The notes under the pieces: model-generated
Databases searched by the model: none
Told to the model about the DNA's origin: nothing
Seen by the model: the letters and a program-made list of their open reading frames with translations, nothing else
Program-made: the position numbers and the translations under genes
Virus record (IMG/VR): IMGVR_UViG_3300030202_002372
Span: 1 to 62,400 of that record
Strand: one strand, 5' to 3'
Length of the DNA: 62,400 bases
Origin: a virus
Lineage: Duplodnaviria > Caudoviricetes
Shown here: positions 1 to 9,750 of the stretch, one piece after another
How positions within the stretch are numbered: position 1 is the stretch's first letter
Layout of the letters: each line of letters starts with the position of its first letter

Positions 1-181
1 TTCCATAATATTTTCCTGCTGGCAAAGCAGTTGTAGAAGCCCAAGCTGTAAAATTAACAACAGATTTTAATGTACCTGAACTTTCATTATACCAAACCTG
101 TCCTTCGTACGTCGAATTCAAAGTTGGATCCGAGGAAAGTTCTTTTACTCTTTTACCATGTATCTCTTCGTACGTAGCCAT
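1..181 (-). CDS. Partial (N-terminal) Kelch-like repeat tail fibre/receptor-binding protein, runs off the window start
   Basis: ATG at 181 reads MATYEEIHGKRVKELSSDPTLNSTYEGQVWYN, nearly identical to the N-terminus of 59935..61764; not in the ORF track. Confidence 0.8.
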   Translation of the reverse strand, partial: MATYEEIHGKRVKELSSDPTLNSTYEGQVWYNESSGTLKSVVNFTAWASTTALPAGKYYG

Positions 182-190
182 AATTAGTTA

Positions 191-478
191 CTATGGAAGA
201 GTTATATTAGATGGTCTAGTAGATGTAGCTTTTTCTTCATCAGATAATGCATCCCAAGCAGCTTGTGCCGCTTCAACTTCAACATTAATCAAAGCTTGTG
301 CTTCTGATTTAGTTTTTTCAACACCGTTCTTTTCAGCTAACCACATAGCGCCATCGACATTGTTGCCAATCATCCAGACGTCTGCAGGATAACCTCTAAG
401 AAAGAATGCTCTTCTGTCTTCTGCAGTAAAGAATCCTTTTCCAGTGTTAGTAGCTACTCCATATATAAAGTGTGCCAT
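191..478 (-). CDS. Small tail-fibre-associated protein (possible assembly chaperone), paralog of 61773..62066
   Basis: 95 aa, GGAGG SD, lies between fibre genes, high similarity to the 97-aa ORF at the other end. Confidence 0.6.
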   Translation of the reverse strand: MAHFIYGVATNTGKGFFTAEDRRAFFLRGYPADVWMIGNNVDGAMWLAEKNGVEKTKSEAQALINVEVEAAQAAWDALSDEEKATSTRPSNITLP

Positions 479-513
479 AGTTATTCCTCCTTTTTAAATT
501 TGTATATCATAGT

Positions 514-2706
514 TTAACTTTGAGTTAAAGTTTTAACATTTAATGCTGTTGTCTCACCAGTAAATTCTTCTGTGTTTGTTACATAAGAACCAGTGCTTCC
601 ACCTGCTTGTATACCTGTGGTTTGACTCGTTCCAATTCCATTTGCAGAACCTTGTCTAGCTGTTCCTAAAGATGGTCTTGTAGACCATGAAGTTCCGTCG
701 TAGCCTTCTGTTGCTCCTGTTACAGAACCATCGTTTCCACCACCACACATTGCAGCTGTTTGGCCTGCTGGTCCGCCCCAACCATTTACTTGATTTCGTC
801 CTGTATTCATTGCTCCACCTGCTGTCCAATTAGTTCCGTCATATGCAAATGTAGTTCCTGTAGTTGCTGTTCCAGTGTACCCTCCAAAAACTAATCCTGC
901 AGTTAGTGTACCTGCTCCTCCACCCATATTGCCTTTTAAAAAAGGAGCATTTGGCACTGCTGCCCAATTAGTTCCATCCCATTCTTCTACAGTATTTAAT
1001 CCACCAGGTGTTCCTGGAGAAGTGTCTCCTCCACATGCTACAGCTGCTGTATTTGTTCCAAAACCTTGACCTGCTCTTTTTGCTGTAGGAAGTGAGTTTG
1101 TAGCTGTCCAAGCAGAACCATCGTATTTTGCTGAAACTGATTGCCTTACTCCAGGAGAAGAATTATTGATTCCTCCAAAAGCTAAAGTTGTTGTTCCCGT
1201 AAGACCACAACCCATAATACTTTCACCTGAAAAAGGATAGTTTCCACCAGCTGTCCAAGACGAACCATTCCATTCCTCAGTGTAATTATAATTTGAAGGT
1301 CCTTCTCCACCAAAAGCTAAACCATCTGCTGCAGATCCAGCACCTCCAATATGCTCACCATGATTTCTAGGCAAAGCTGTTGCACTAGCCCATGCTGCGG
1401 CTGTAATAGAAACCGATCCTTTATTAAATTCTTGTGTTCTACTTCCTATAGTTGGTACAGGTGAGCCTTGTGCAATCCAAGTTGCACTTGCAGAAGTTGA
1501 TCCATGAGCAGCTGAGTCTTGTGCTATACCTAAAGCTGGACCTACTGTAAAAGTTGTACCATCATACTTACAAGAATTTGTTGGTGGTCCCCCTGCAAAT
1601 ATTGCATCTGTCTGTGTGCCTGATCCCATAGCATAACCTGATATAGGAACAACGCCATTTCCATTTGGACCTGTAGTCCAATTACTACCATCGTATTCTA
1701 AAGAAATTGCATTTTCAGCATCTCCACCAGTTCCTGGTATAGGACTGTTTGTATAACCAAAAGAATTTATTGCAGCAGTTTGTGTTCCTGCTTGACCTTG
1801 TGAACTTTGTCTTTGAGGAGTTGCTGTTCCAGCAGTCCAATTAGACCCATCATATTCTTCATTGAAACTTGCTCTATTTGTTGGAGGATAATTTCCTGCT
1901 GTTGCTAAAAGAGCGTTTTCTACCCCACATCCACTTCTATAGTTTACCGCATTTGCCATAGGGTTTACTGTTGTCCAAGCTGTTCCATTGTATTCTTCAG
2001 TAACTCCTGCGTAGCCAGGTGAGCTACCTCCACCTTGACCAAAATAAACAGCTGCAGTTTGTATTCCAACTAATTTAGTATTACCTCTAGCAGTATTTAA
2101 AGTTCCACCAGATGCCCAACCAATACCATTATATTCTTCTGTTCCATCGAAGGCTGCACCATTTGGAGGAGCATTAAATCCTCCACATATTAAACCTGCA
2201 GTTTGTGTACCACAACCACCAGGTCTTTGTTTTGAATTAGCAGTATTTGCTCCAGCTGACCATGCTTCAATATTTGTGACTGTTTTAAATGAACTATTAC
2301 TTGAGTTAAACCACATTTGAGATTGTACACTAGTTTGTGTGGGAGTATTTGCTCTACCTCCCATTCCTGAGTGACTTGAACAATAATAAAATAAATTAGG
2401 TGCTCCTGTTGCTACGACTATTGTAACTTGTGTAGATGAATTATGTGTAACTCCTGTAGTATATTCTGATCCACTATTATGAGAACCATCAGAAGTTGTA
2501 GAAAATTTAAATGGGTGAGCTGAAGGATAATTAAATATATAAGTTGAACCTTCATATAATCTTAATTGTTTTTGTTGTACCCCATCAATAAAATACCTAT
2601 TAGCTCCATCAGAAGATGCAACTGTAACTGTATAAGTTACATTTGTGTTAGGGTCATTTTCAAATGTCTCTACTCTTTTTCCAATTAATTCACTATATGT
2701 TGTCAT
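514..2706 (-). CDS. Kelch-like repeat tail fibre/receptor-binding protein with N-terminal cupredoxin-like insert
   Basis: About 12 repeats of TEEY(N/D)GxxW...GxQTA..GG; insert with HPF...YYCSSHSGMG. Confidence 0.7.
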   Translation of the reverse strand: MTTYSELIGKRVETFENDPNTNVTYTVTVASSDGANRYFIDGVQQKQLRLYEGSTYIFNYPSAHPFKFSTTSDGSHNSGSEYTTGVTHNSSTQVTIVVATGAPNLFYYCSSHSGMGGRANTPTQTSVQSQMWFNSSNSSFKTVTNIEAWSAGANTANSKQRPGGCGTQTAGLICGGFNAPPNGAAFDGTEEYNGIGWASGGTLNTARGNTKLVGIQTAAVYFGQGGGSSPGYAGVTEEYNGTAWTTVNPMANAVNYRSGCGVENALLATAGNYPPTNRASFNEEYDGSNWTAGTATPQRQSSQGQAGTQTAAINSFGYTNSPIPGTGGDAENAISLEYDGSNWTTGPNGNGVVPISGYAMGSGTQTDAIFAGGPPTNSCKYDGTTFTVGPALGIAQDSAAHGSTSASATWIAQGSPVPTIGSRTQEFNKGSVSITAAAWASATALPRNHGEHIGGAGSAADGLAFGGEGPSNYNYTEEWNGSSWTAGGNYPFSGESIMGCGLTGTTTLAFGGINNSSPGVRQSVSAKYDGSAWTATNSLPTAKRAGQGFGTNTAAVACGGDTSPGTPGGLNTVEEWDGTNWAAVPNAPFLKGNMGGGAGTLTAGLVFGGYTGTATTGTTFAYDGTNWTAGGAMNTGRNQVNGWGGPAGQTAAMCGGGNDGSVTGATEGYDGTSWSTRPSLGTARQGSANGIGTSQTTGIQAGGSTGSYVTNTEEFTGETTALNVKTLTQS

Positions 2707-2708
2707 AA

Positions 2709-4571
2709 TTAACTCGTTGTAAACTTTTTTATATTAGCTGCGGTTGTTACTCCAGTAAATTCTTCTGTTGCATTTTGCCCAGATCCTGCATTATTAGCTC
2801 CTCCATAAATAATTCCTGCGGTTGCAGTTCCTCCTGAACCCATTGCTTGTCTTGCAGTTCCTGTTGAAGGTGCAGTAACCCATGAATTTCCATCATATAT
2901 AAAAGCATTTCCTGGTGTAGCGGGTCCTCCTGTATTACCAAAGGCTGTAATAGCGTTTCCACTGTCTCCTGACATTGAACCAAAATACATATTAGCTGGA
3001 AAATTTCCACCTGTTCCCCAAACCGATCCATTCCATTCTTCAGTTGAATTTGAATTCTGATAATTTGGTGATGTTGCAGGATTATAATATTGTCCTCCTA
3101 TTTTTAAAGCTGCAGTTGATGGTCCACCACCACTTAGTCGTTCCTGTCCAGTATTTGGACCAGAGTTATATGGTGCAGCTGTTGTCCATGCGCTTCCATC
3201 ATATAAATATGTTGATTGAGGATATCCGTTGACTGCATCAGGTGCATGAGAAAAACCACCTATTGATACTGCTGCACCAGATGTACCACCACCTACTAAA
3301 TTTCTTTTACCATATGGTGAAGCAAAAGCTCCGCCTGCTGCCCATGAAGCACCATTCCATAATTCTGTATTGGTAACGTTAGTAGAACCTGGACTTCCTG
3401 GAGATCCAGAAAAAATAAGCATACCTGATTGACTTCCTCTTGATGAAGAACCACATCCATATCTTCCTGTACTCATGTCAGTTATTGTTGTCCAAGATGA
3501 TCCATTATATTCAGCTGCTGCATTTGTATCGTCCGCACCGCTTGCTTGAACTGCTGCTGTTTGTGGTCCACCACCAGTTGTTGTTCCATTAGGTGTTGGT
3601 AAATTACCACCACTAGACCATGCTGCAGCTGTAATAACGTTAAATGATGATGTAAATTCTTCTGTTCTTGTAACTGTTGGATCTCCACCTGCACATAAAC
3701 CTGCAGATTGTGTTGTCCCTGTTCCAGATGTGTATCCTTGTTTAGTTGCTGTTCCCATTGTTGCAGGGCTTGTTGACCAAGTTGAACCATCATATTTTAA
3801 ACATGTAGCTGTAGTTGAAGGTAAAGCTCCTCCCGATAAAGCCGCTGCAGATTGTGTTCCCCATGAAAACATCATGCTTCTTCCTGCAGGCATAGCTCCT
3901 CCATTTGACCAAGTCGAGCCATCATATTCTTCTGTATTTGTATAGATAGTTGTGTTTGGATTATTAGAACCACCAAAAACTAATCCTGCTGATTCTATTC
4001 CTGCTCCTGCAAAATATTGTCTAGCTTGAGATAATGCACCAGTACCAGTCCAAGATTCTCCATTGTATTCTTCTGTTGCTGTTGAAACTGAAGGACCTGT
4101 TGTTCCTCCAGCTAATACAGCTGCTGTTTCAAGTCCAAAACTAGCTCCAGATCTTCTTGCTGTAGAAAAACCTTCTTGTGCAGACCAAGCTGATCCATTA
4201 AATTCTTCAGTTGTGTTTGCTGTAGGATAATTTCCGTATACTAATGCTGAAGTTTCTGTTCCACATCCACCAGCATATTGTCTAGCTGTGTTTAAAGCAG
4301 CTATAGAACTCCAACCTGTTCCGTTGTAATTTTCACATACAGTATTGTTGTTGTAACCACCATTATATAAAGCAGCAGTTTGAGTTCCAGCTCCAGATCC
4401 AGATTGTCTTCCTGTTGACATATCAGCACTACTAGTAAATGCTTCAAGATTAGCTAATCCAGAAAGATTTCCTGTCGTATCATTATACCAAACTTGACCT
4501 GCTCCCGGATCACCAGGATTAGTTGTTTGGCGTTTGATTAACACCCCTGTAAGTTCTTTGTATGTAGTCAC
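2709..4571 (-). CDS. Kelch-like repeat tail fibre/receptor-binding protein
   Basis: Same ~47-aa Gly/Thr/Ser-rich repeats; shared MTTY..GQVWYN N-terminus; GTG start with AGGAG SD. Confidence 0.7.
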   Translation of the reverse strand: MTTYKELTGVLIKRQTTNPGDPGAGQVWYNDTTGNLSGLANLEAFTSSADMSTGRQSGSGAGTQTAALYNGGYNNNTVCENYNGTGWSSIAALNTARQYAGGCGTETSALVYGNYPTANTTEEFNGSAWSAQEGFSTARRSGASFGLETAAVLAGGTTGPSVSTATEEYNGESWTGTGALSQARQYFAGAGIESAGLVFGGSNNPNTTIYTNTEEYDGSTWSNGGAMPAGRSMMFSWGTQSAAALSGGALPSTTATCLKYDGSTWSTSPATMGTATKQGYTSGTGTTQSAGLCAGGDPTVTRTEEFTSSFNVITAAAWSSGGNLPTPNGTTTGGGPQTAAVQASGADDTNAAAEYNGSSWTTITDMSTGRYGCGSSSRGSQSGMLIFSGSPGSPGSTNVTNTELWNGASWAAGGAFASPYGKRNLVGGGTSGAAVSIGGFSHAPDAVNGYPQSTYLYDGSAWTTAAPYNSGPNTGQERLSGGGPSTAALKIGGQYYNPATSPNYQNSNSTEEWNGSVWGTGGNFPANMYFGSMSGDSGNAITAFGNTGGPATPGNAFIYDGNSWVTAPSTGTARQAMGSGGTATAGIIYGGANNAGSGQNATEEFTGVTTAANIKKFTTS

Positions 4572-4579
4572 AAAACTCC

Positions 4580-5605
4580 TTAATTATTCTTTAATAACCA
4601 ACCTTGTGTCGCGTCAGTATAAACTAAGGTGTTTCCCGCTCTTTCTGTTGATACAGTAAGATTAGCTGCAGTACCTTGAATTTTTTGACTGTTTCTTCCT
4701 ACTGTCATGTTAAGTGTATCAAAAGTACCTGCATAGTCTATAAACACAACTTCATCACCGATACTTGGCGAAGATGGTAAGGTCATTGTTATTGCTTGAG
4801 AAGTTGTATTTATAAAATACCCTTCACCAGCCACAGCTGTAAAATCTGCAGTTTTTACCGCTTGCCATGATGTTCCTCCAGACACTGCCGCAAAAGATAA
4901 TACCCCTGATCCGTTTGTTTTTAAAAACTCATCAGCATTACCATCTGTTGCAGGTAAAGTTAAAGTTATGTCACCTGCAAGTGTAGGTGCTTTTAACTGA
5001 ACGTAATTTGATCCGTCATCAGTATCTTCTGTAAATCTTAATATACCAGCTTGAGTTGAATTACCTGAAATTTGTACGACTCCTGTACCGTTTGGTGCTA
5101 AAGGAATATTTCCATTAGAAACTGAAACTATTGAATTACCATTTACATCTAAGTTTCCACCTAATTGTGGAGAAGTATCATCTACTACATCACCACCTGT
5201 TTGAACTTCAATAACATTTGTTCCATTAGAGTAAACTATTTTTGTTGTTGTTGTAGACCAAGTTACACCAGATCCAGATGATGTTTTAAAAGTAATGGCT
5301 TGACCACCAGTTGTAGAATTTTTTAAAATATAATTCATTTCAGTGCCATCAGGAATAACAACAGATGCTGAACTACCTAATGAACCTGATGAAGTAAATT
5401 CAATTACTGATGTTGCAACCTCTGAACCAGTTCCACCATTTGTAACTGTAAGTGTATTTGTTCCTGCTGTAATTTGTTTTGAAATATAGCCACCAGCTAT
5501 TTGTTCTAATATTTCTAAATTTGTGTTTGTTTTATCACCCCATAGACCGGCTTGTTCACCAGTCACCATTTTTTCAATACCTAAATTTGTATATGTCGAT
5601 GCCAT
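4580..5605 (-). CDS. Tail fibre proximal/baseplate-attachment protein
   Basis: MASTY..GEQAGLWGDKTNTNL N-terminus, DTSPQLGGNLDVNG and TMTLPSSPSIGD..YTDATQGW motifs, as seen in marine phage fibre proteins. Confidence 0.65.
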   Translation of the reverse strand: MASTYTNLGIEKMVTGEQAGLWGDKTNTNLEILEQIAGGYISKQITAGTNTLTVTNGGTGSEVATSVIEFTSSGSLGSSASVVIPDGTEMNYILKNSTTGGQAITFKTSSGSGVTWSTTTTKIVYSNGTNVIEVQTGGDVVDDTSPQLGGNLDVNGNSIVSVSNGNIPLAPNGTGVVQISGNSTQAGILRFTEDTDDGSNYVQLKAPTLAGDITLTLPATDGNADEFLKTNGSGVLSFAAVSGGTSWQAVKTADFTAVAGEGYFINTTSQAITMTLPSSPSIGDEVVFIDYAGTFDTLNMTVGRNSQKIQGTAANLTVSTERAGNTLVYTDATQGWLLKNN

Positions 5606-5620
5606 CTTATAAACTCCTGT

Positions 5621-6547
5621 TTACGCTGCAATATCAGTCCATGTAGTTTGTGAACCAGTATTTACCTCACTATAAGACACAGTACTACCGGTGTCAACAC
5701 TTCCCCAAGCAATAGCACTTGCTAATCCTAAACCTGAAGTAATACCTAAACCAGTAGGTTTTATTACAGCTGTTTGTTTTGTTGTTATATTACCTAAAGA
5801 TGATGTAATTGTAAAACCACTTACATCTACTTTAGAAATAGCCTCTACTGAACCTAGACCTGAAGATATAGAAAATCCAGTAGGTCTGATAGTTATATCA
5901 GTAAATGCTCTAAATGTAGACCCAAACCCAACATTTATTTGCTGACCAGTTAAGCTTACATCTGCAGAACCCGGTGTTGTAGCAGGATTAACTGCTGATG
6001 TTATTTGAACACCTGATAATGAAACTGTTTCAAAATTTGTTACTACAGGGCTTCCAGTAGATAAAGTAACAGGATTTGCGTTAACGTGAACACCTATACC
6101 ATCACCTGAAATATCAACTAAACCTAAACCAGATGTAATTGTGTTAGTTATTTTTGGCGTAAGAGCATTTGCTTTTACTGTAACTCCACCTATTGAAACT
6201 GAAATTGGTAATCCAGCAGGTGCAGCAGAATAAGCAACTCCCCATCCAAGATTACCCCAAGTTTTTCTGCCCCAACCTACATTTAGTTGAGCTGTAATTG
6301 ATGTTGATCCTACTGATGAACTAAAAGATTGACCTGTTATAGGTATTGTTACACCTAAACCGTTTCTGCCCCAATCACCTTGGCTCCAAAGATTTCTACC
6401 CCAACCTTCAGAATTAAATGCAATATTTTGTGCGTTGATACTTCCACCAGTATTCCAACTGCCTTTTCCCCATGCAGCTCCTGTACCCCATGCAGAGGGA
6501 TTTGTAATGGCTCGTAGCCCAGTGATTGATACTGTGACGTTAGCCAT
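5621..6547 (-). CDS. Virion structural (tail) protein with WG repeats
   Basis: Gly/Ser/Thr-rich, WGxxxWG repeats, within tail module. Confidence 0.55.
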   Translation of the reverse strand: MANVTVSITGLRAITNPSAWGTGAAWGKGSWNTGGSINAQNIAFNSEGWGRNLWSQGDWGRNGLGVTIPITGQSFSSSVGSTSITAQLNVGWGRKTWGNLGWGVAYSAAPAGLPISVSIGGVTVKANALTPKITNTITSGLGLVDISGDGIGVHVNANPVTLSTGSPVVTNFETVSLSGVQITSAVNPATTPGSADVSLTGQQINVGFGSTFRAFTDITIRPTGFSISSGLGSVEAISKVDVSGFTITSSLGNITTKQTAVIKPTGLGITSGLGLASAIAWGSVDTGSTVSYSEVNTGSQTTWTDIAA

Positions 6548-6560
6548 TATGCTTTACCCC

Positions 6561-6998
6561 CTAAGCTAATCTAATTATTGCTAATGTGTCAGTAAAGTTT
6601 GGAAACTGAATTGTGAAAGTTCCTGATGTTGATGTTTTATTTGAAACAAAATCTAAAACCGCTACAGATTTATTTGCTTGATTTGTATTGTAAATCAATG
6701 CACCCATTGCTGTAATTGTAGCTGTTAAGTAAGATAAATCTGCAAAATCTACTATCGCAGTAGTTCCTGATAATTTATGAGTTTGTCCCGTTAATGCTTT
6801 TCCGCCTGATGCATAATCACCAGTTGAGTCAGTAATCTGTCCTGCAGTTGTAAATGATGCAAGTCCTGGTCCAATAACTGCACTATCTGAATATAATGCA
6901 AGTTTAAATGTGTTACCACCAGACGCATCAAAATTGTGTATTCCACTTAAAAGTTGGTTTTTAAAGGAACTTGTTATTGCGCTTGTTGTTATAGCCAT
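6561..6998 (-). CDS. Virion structural protein
   Basis: SFK..LL.G.HNF..FKLALY..GALIYN..VLDF pattern typical of phage tail-region proteins. Confidence 0.55.
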   Translation of the reverse strand: MAITTSAITSSFKNQLLSGIHNFDASGGNTFKLALYSDSAVIGPGLASFTTAGQITDSTGDYASGGKALTGQTHKLSGTTAIVDFADLSYLTATITAMGALIYNTNQANKSVAVLDFVSNKTSTSGTFTIQFPNFTDTLAIIRLA

Positions 6999-7012
6999 AA
7001 TTTTCTCCTGTT

Positions 7013-7666
7013 TTAAGGTGACGGTGAATCTATTTTGATTCTTATCGCACCATTGAAATAATCGTCTCTTCTTCTTCTGCCAATTTGCTCAATAGCATAT
7101 TTAGCTATAGCATTATTATACTGTTTTTCGTAATATTGCAACATCTCCATAGGCCCTTTTAAATAACCAAAAGCTTCAATAAGACACGCATATAGCAGAC
7201 CGTTTGGAAACCTTTTACTTAAATATGTCTCAGTATTAGAAGAAGATAAACCTGTTGGTAAAGCTACATAACTAGCTTGTATAGAAAAAGTAGCATTTGG
7301 TATAGGTGCAAACATTAAAGTATCATCGTCAAAATTTGCATAATATTTTGGCACACCAGTTGCGCTTGTTGAATTAAATTCATCAATAAAAGTTGTATCT
7401 CTTTTATCTAAATAAATTCTTTCACCAGAACTAGTTACTTGTACTGCTCTTATTATCAATGCACCTGTAGGAAAATTTAAAAATTTTTGAGAAGCCACCA
7501 TACTTGCAGTAGCATATTTTCTATCTGCATCAGTATTAACATCTCTTAAAATTCTTTCTTCAGCATCGGATATAAAACCATTTACAATATCAGTTGTAAA
7601 TACTGTATCATCAACTTCTGTGTAGTTTCTAATTTTTGTGACTAAATTTGCGTATGTTAATGCCAT
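7013..7666 (-). CDS. Head-tail adaptor/connector protein
   Basis: TY..L...I, FI..AE.RI, G.P.YY, LLYACL.EA..YLK pattern; position in tail module. Confidence 0.6.
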   Translation of the reverse strand: MALTYANLVTKIRNYTEVDDTVFTTDIVNGFISDAEERILRDVNTDADRKYATASMVASQKFLNFPTGALIIRAVQVTSSGERIYLDKRDTTFIDEFNSTSATGVPKYYANFDDDTLMFAPIPNATFSIQASYVALPTGLSSSNTETYLSKRFPNGLLYACLIEAFGYLKGPMEMLQYYEKQYNNAIAKYAIEQIGRRRRDDYFNGAIRIKIDSPSP

Positions 7667-8013
7667 TATACAACCACTTTAACCTTTCCAATTCTACTTA
7701 ATATATCTAATCTTTTACCTTGTGGCAAAGGTAGCATGCCATTAGAACTGTAAGTAGGTATACCAAGAGTTCCTTGAAATGATCCTACATCTACTGTCAT
7801 GTTACCAATATTATGTTGCACTCTGGTGTTTCTTAAAGCTTGTGGATCTCCACCATAAACTTTTGGATCAAGTTGTGGAGATTTAGGTTCATATTCAGAT
7901 ATATGAACTAAAGAACCATTCCATTCTTTTACCATTTCTAAATATGGAAAAGCTTGTCCTGATCTATCTGATATAGACAGTGCATATTTACCTTTTGCAA
8001 ATGTTCTAGCCAT
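7666..8013 (-). CDS. Hypothetical virion-module protein
   Basis: FAKGKYALSISDRSG..FPY..EW.G..VH..EYEPK.PQL; overlaps neighbour start. Confidence 0.55.
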   Translation of the reverse strand: MARTFAKGKYALSISDRSGQAFPYLEMVKEWNGSLVHISEYEPKSPQLDPKVYGGDPQALRNTRVQHNIGNMTVDVGSFQGTLGIPTYSSNGMLPLPQGKRLDILSRIGKVKVVV

Positions 8014-8014
8014 A

Positions 8015-8725
8015 TTAGGTTACCGTTGGGTAGTATTGAGCAGGAGTAATAAAGGTTGAATTTCTTGAACCATCTTCATCTAATGCTCTTTTTATTTCAT
8101 CTTCATAATATAATTTTAATGCTTGAGTTCTATCTGGTGCATATTTTTGAGAAAGATAAAAAGCTAATCCTGAGATCATACAAGGAATCCATCTAAAGGG
8201 AACATCTGCTGTGTTAGTGTAAGCACCTGCATCTTGTATTCTTTGCAATGAATAATATTTTAAATGAGTATAATTTTGACCATTTGGTGTAATATATAAT
8301 GTTATAGTTGGAGTCGAAGTACCTGCAGTATTTCTATCAACAAAATACTGAGAAGGTGTACCTGTTGAACCTTTATTAGGTAAAGCTGCATAAGTAGATC
8401 TATCTATTTTAGTTATAGATACATCTGTAACGTCAGCACCTGGATTTGTTACAACAGAACTATTTGAAATAAAAGCTTCTAGTACATCACTTACTCCTGC
8501 TACCGTGCTATATTGAGATTGTGAAGCTACAAGAGCAACTGCGTTTAATTGAATTTTCCAAAGGTGAACACCTCTGTTACCCCACTCAGAAAATAAAACA
8601 TTTAATGATCTTCTTGCTTTTTTTAAATCGTAACCAGAGTTAGTTTGAATACCGCATCTTTCGTATGCTTCTTCTACTATTTCATCGACTGATAAATCGA
8701 ATGTTGCTGTTCCACTGGTTGCCAT
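8015..8725 (-). CDS. Head-tail joining/adaptor protein (tail tubular A-like)
   Basis: EIVEEAYERCG..YDLK.ARRSLN..EW.NRG..LW; PNK..G.P.QYF motifs. Confidence 0.6.
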   Translation of the reverse strand: MATSGTATFDLSVDEIVEEAYERCGIQTNSGYDLKKARRSLNVLFSEWGNRGVHLWKIQLNAVALVASQSQYSTVAGVSDVLEAFISNSSVVTNPGADVTDVSITKIDRSTYAALPNKGSTGTPSQYFVDRNTAGTSTPTITLYITPNGQNYTHLKYYSLQRIQDAGAYTNTADVPFRWIPCMISGLAFYLSQKYAPDRTQALKLYYEDEIKRALDEDGSRNSTFITPAQYYPTVT

Positions 8726-8736
8726 TTATCCATGTC

Positions 8737-9213
8737 CTACTTCTTTTTAAGTTCTTTTACTATTCTTTTTTTTTCAGATCTAAGATTTCTTGCGCCTTTT
8801 CTAGTTTTAGCTCTTTCAGCATCAACTCTGCCAAGCTCTTCGAGTCTGTTCATTCTTCTAGTATTAGTTCGGCCACCTTTTTTCATGTAACCCATTTTAT
8901 TTCTAACACCCGTAGGAAGTTTTGCTAAACCAGGATTTTTACTTTTATCAACAGATTTTAAACCACCTTTTTTCATACCTGAAGCTCTTACTTTTTTAGC
9001 TGCTGCTGCGACTCCACCTTTTTTCATAGCGCCTCTGTCTTGTAACATAGTTGGCATTCTTTTTGATCTCTCACCAACACCGTATCCTCTTGAATACATC
9101 ATGTCACCGGATCTGCCGCCCATGCCGCCACCCATCATTTTTTTTACTTTGCCACCTTTAGCCATTTTTCCCATAGCCATTCTTTTATGCATTGGTATTT
9201 TTGAATTGTCCAT
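8737..9213 (-). CDS. Small basic protein with multiple MxKGG motifs
   Basis: 158 aa, Lys/Arg/Met/Gly-rich; MAKGG, MKKGG x3; GAGG SD. Confidence 0.6.
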   Translation of the reverse strand: MDNSKIPMHKRMAMGKMAKGGKVKKMMGGGMGGRSGDMMYSRGYGVGERSKRMPTMLQDRGAMKKGGVAAAAKKVRASGMKKGGLKSVDKSKNPGLAKLPTGVRNKMGYMKKGGRTNTRRMNRLEELGRVDAERAKTRKGARNLRSEKKRIVKELKKK

Positions 9214-9221
9214 TTTTCCTC

Positions 9222-9575
9222 CTAAAATATTCCTTTGAATCCAGTTCCTCTAAACGCTGCACCTGAGCCGGGGATTCTTTTCTCGCCACCAAATGCAATT
9301 CCACCTTCTACGAATTTTTTCTTACCTTTTTTATTTTTTTTCATTATTTCTTTAGCGCCAGGATAATCTTTAGCTTTTCCTATACCAATAGAAATTACCA
9401 TTGCGCCCTTAACGCCTCCTTTTTTAGCACTTCCACCTTTTTTCATACCAGGTAATTTTGGTTGTGTTCTAACTGGTTTGTTACCTTTTCTTTTACGTTT
9501 TTCTTCACGTTCTTTTTTAATTTTGTCTATAATAGGTTTGATGCTATCACCTATTGGTTTTAATCCGTTAGCCAT
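9222..9575 (-). CDS. Small basic protein with xxxGG motifs
   Basis: MKKGG, AKKGG, FVEGG; C-terminal GSGAAFRG; AGGAG SD. Confidence 0.6.
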   Translation of the reverse strand: MANGLKPIGDSIKPIIDKIKKEREEKRKRKGNKPVRTQPKLPGMKKGGSAKKGGVKGAMVISIGIGKAKDYPGAKEIMKKNKKGKKKFVEGGIAFGGEKRIPGSGAAFRGTGFKGIF

Positions 9576-9621
9576 AATATTCTCCTATTATTAAAGGGCC
9601 CTTTTGACGTTATAACTTATG

Positions 9622-9750
9622 TTATCTCGTTCTTACTTTATACCTTTTCTTTCGTTTCTTGTCTACTCTCTTACGCATTGCTCTAGAAGGTCTCCCCCCT
9701 CTTAAATTACCAGTTATCTGTTGAGGTATTTGTGCTCTACTTATTGGCAT
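9622..9750 (-). CDS. Unannotated 42-aa basic peptide whose N-terminus resembles the major capsid protein
   Basis: Manual translation MPISRAQIPQQITGNLRGGRPSRAMRKRVDKKRKKRYKVRTR; ATG overlaps the stop of the M15 peptidase (TAATG). Confidence 0.6.
   Translation of the reverse strand: MPISRAQIPQQITGNLRGGRPSRAMRKRVDKKRKKRYKVRTR

Noticed and set aside
1-813. True terminal direct repeat of the phage chromosome
   Set aside because: The copies are diverged apart from short islands and lie mid tail module; real terminal repeats are identical
514-4571. Diversity-generating retroelement acting on fibre genes
   Set aside because: No reverse transcriptase gene, and differences between paralogous segments are not adenine-specific
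9593-9604. 12-bp palindrome AAAGGGCCCTTT
   Set aside because: Single loop-less occurrence; cannot be distinguished from chance
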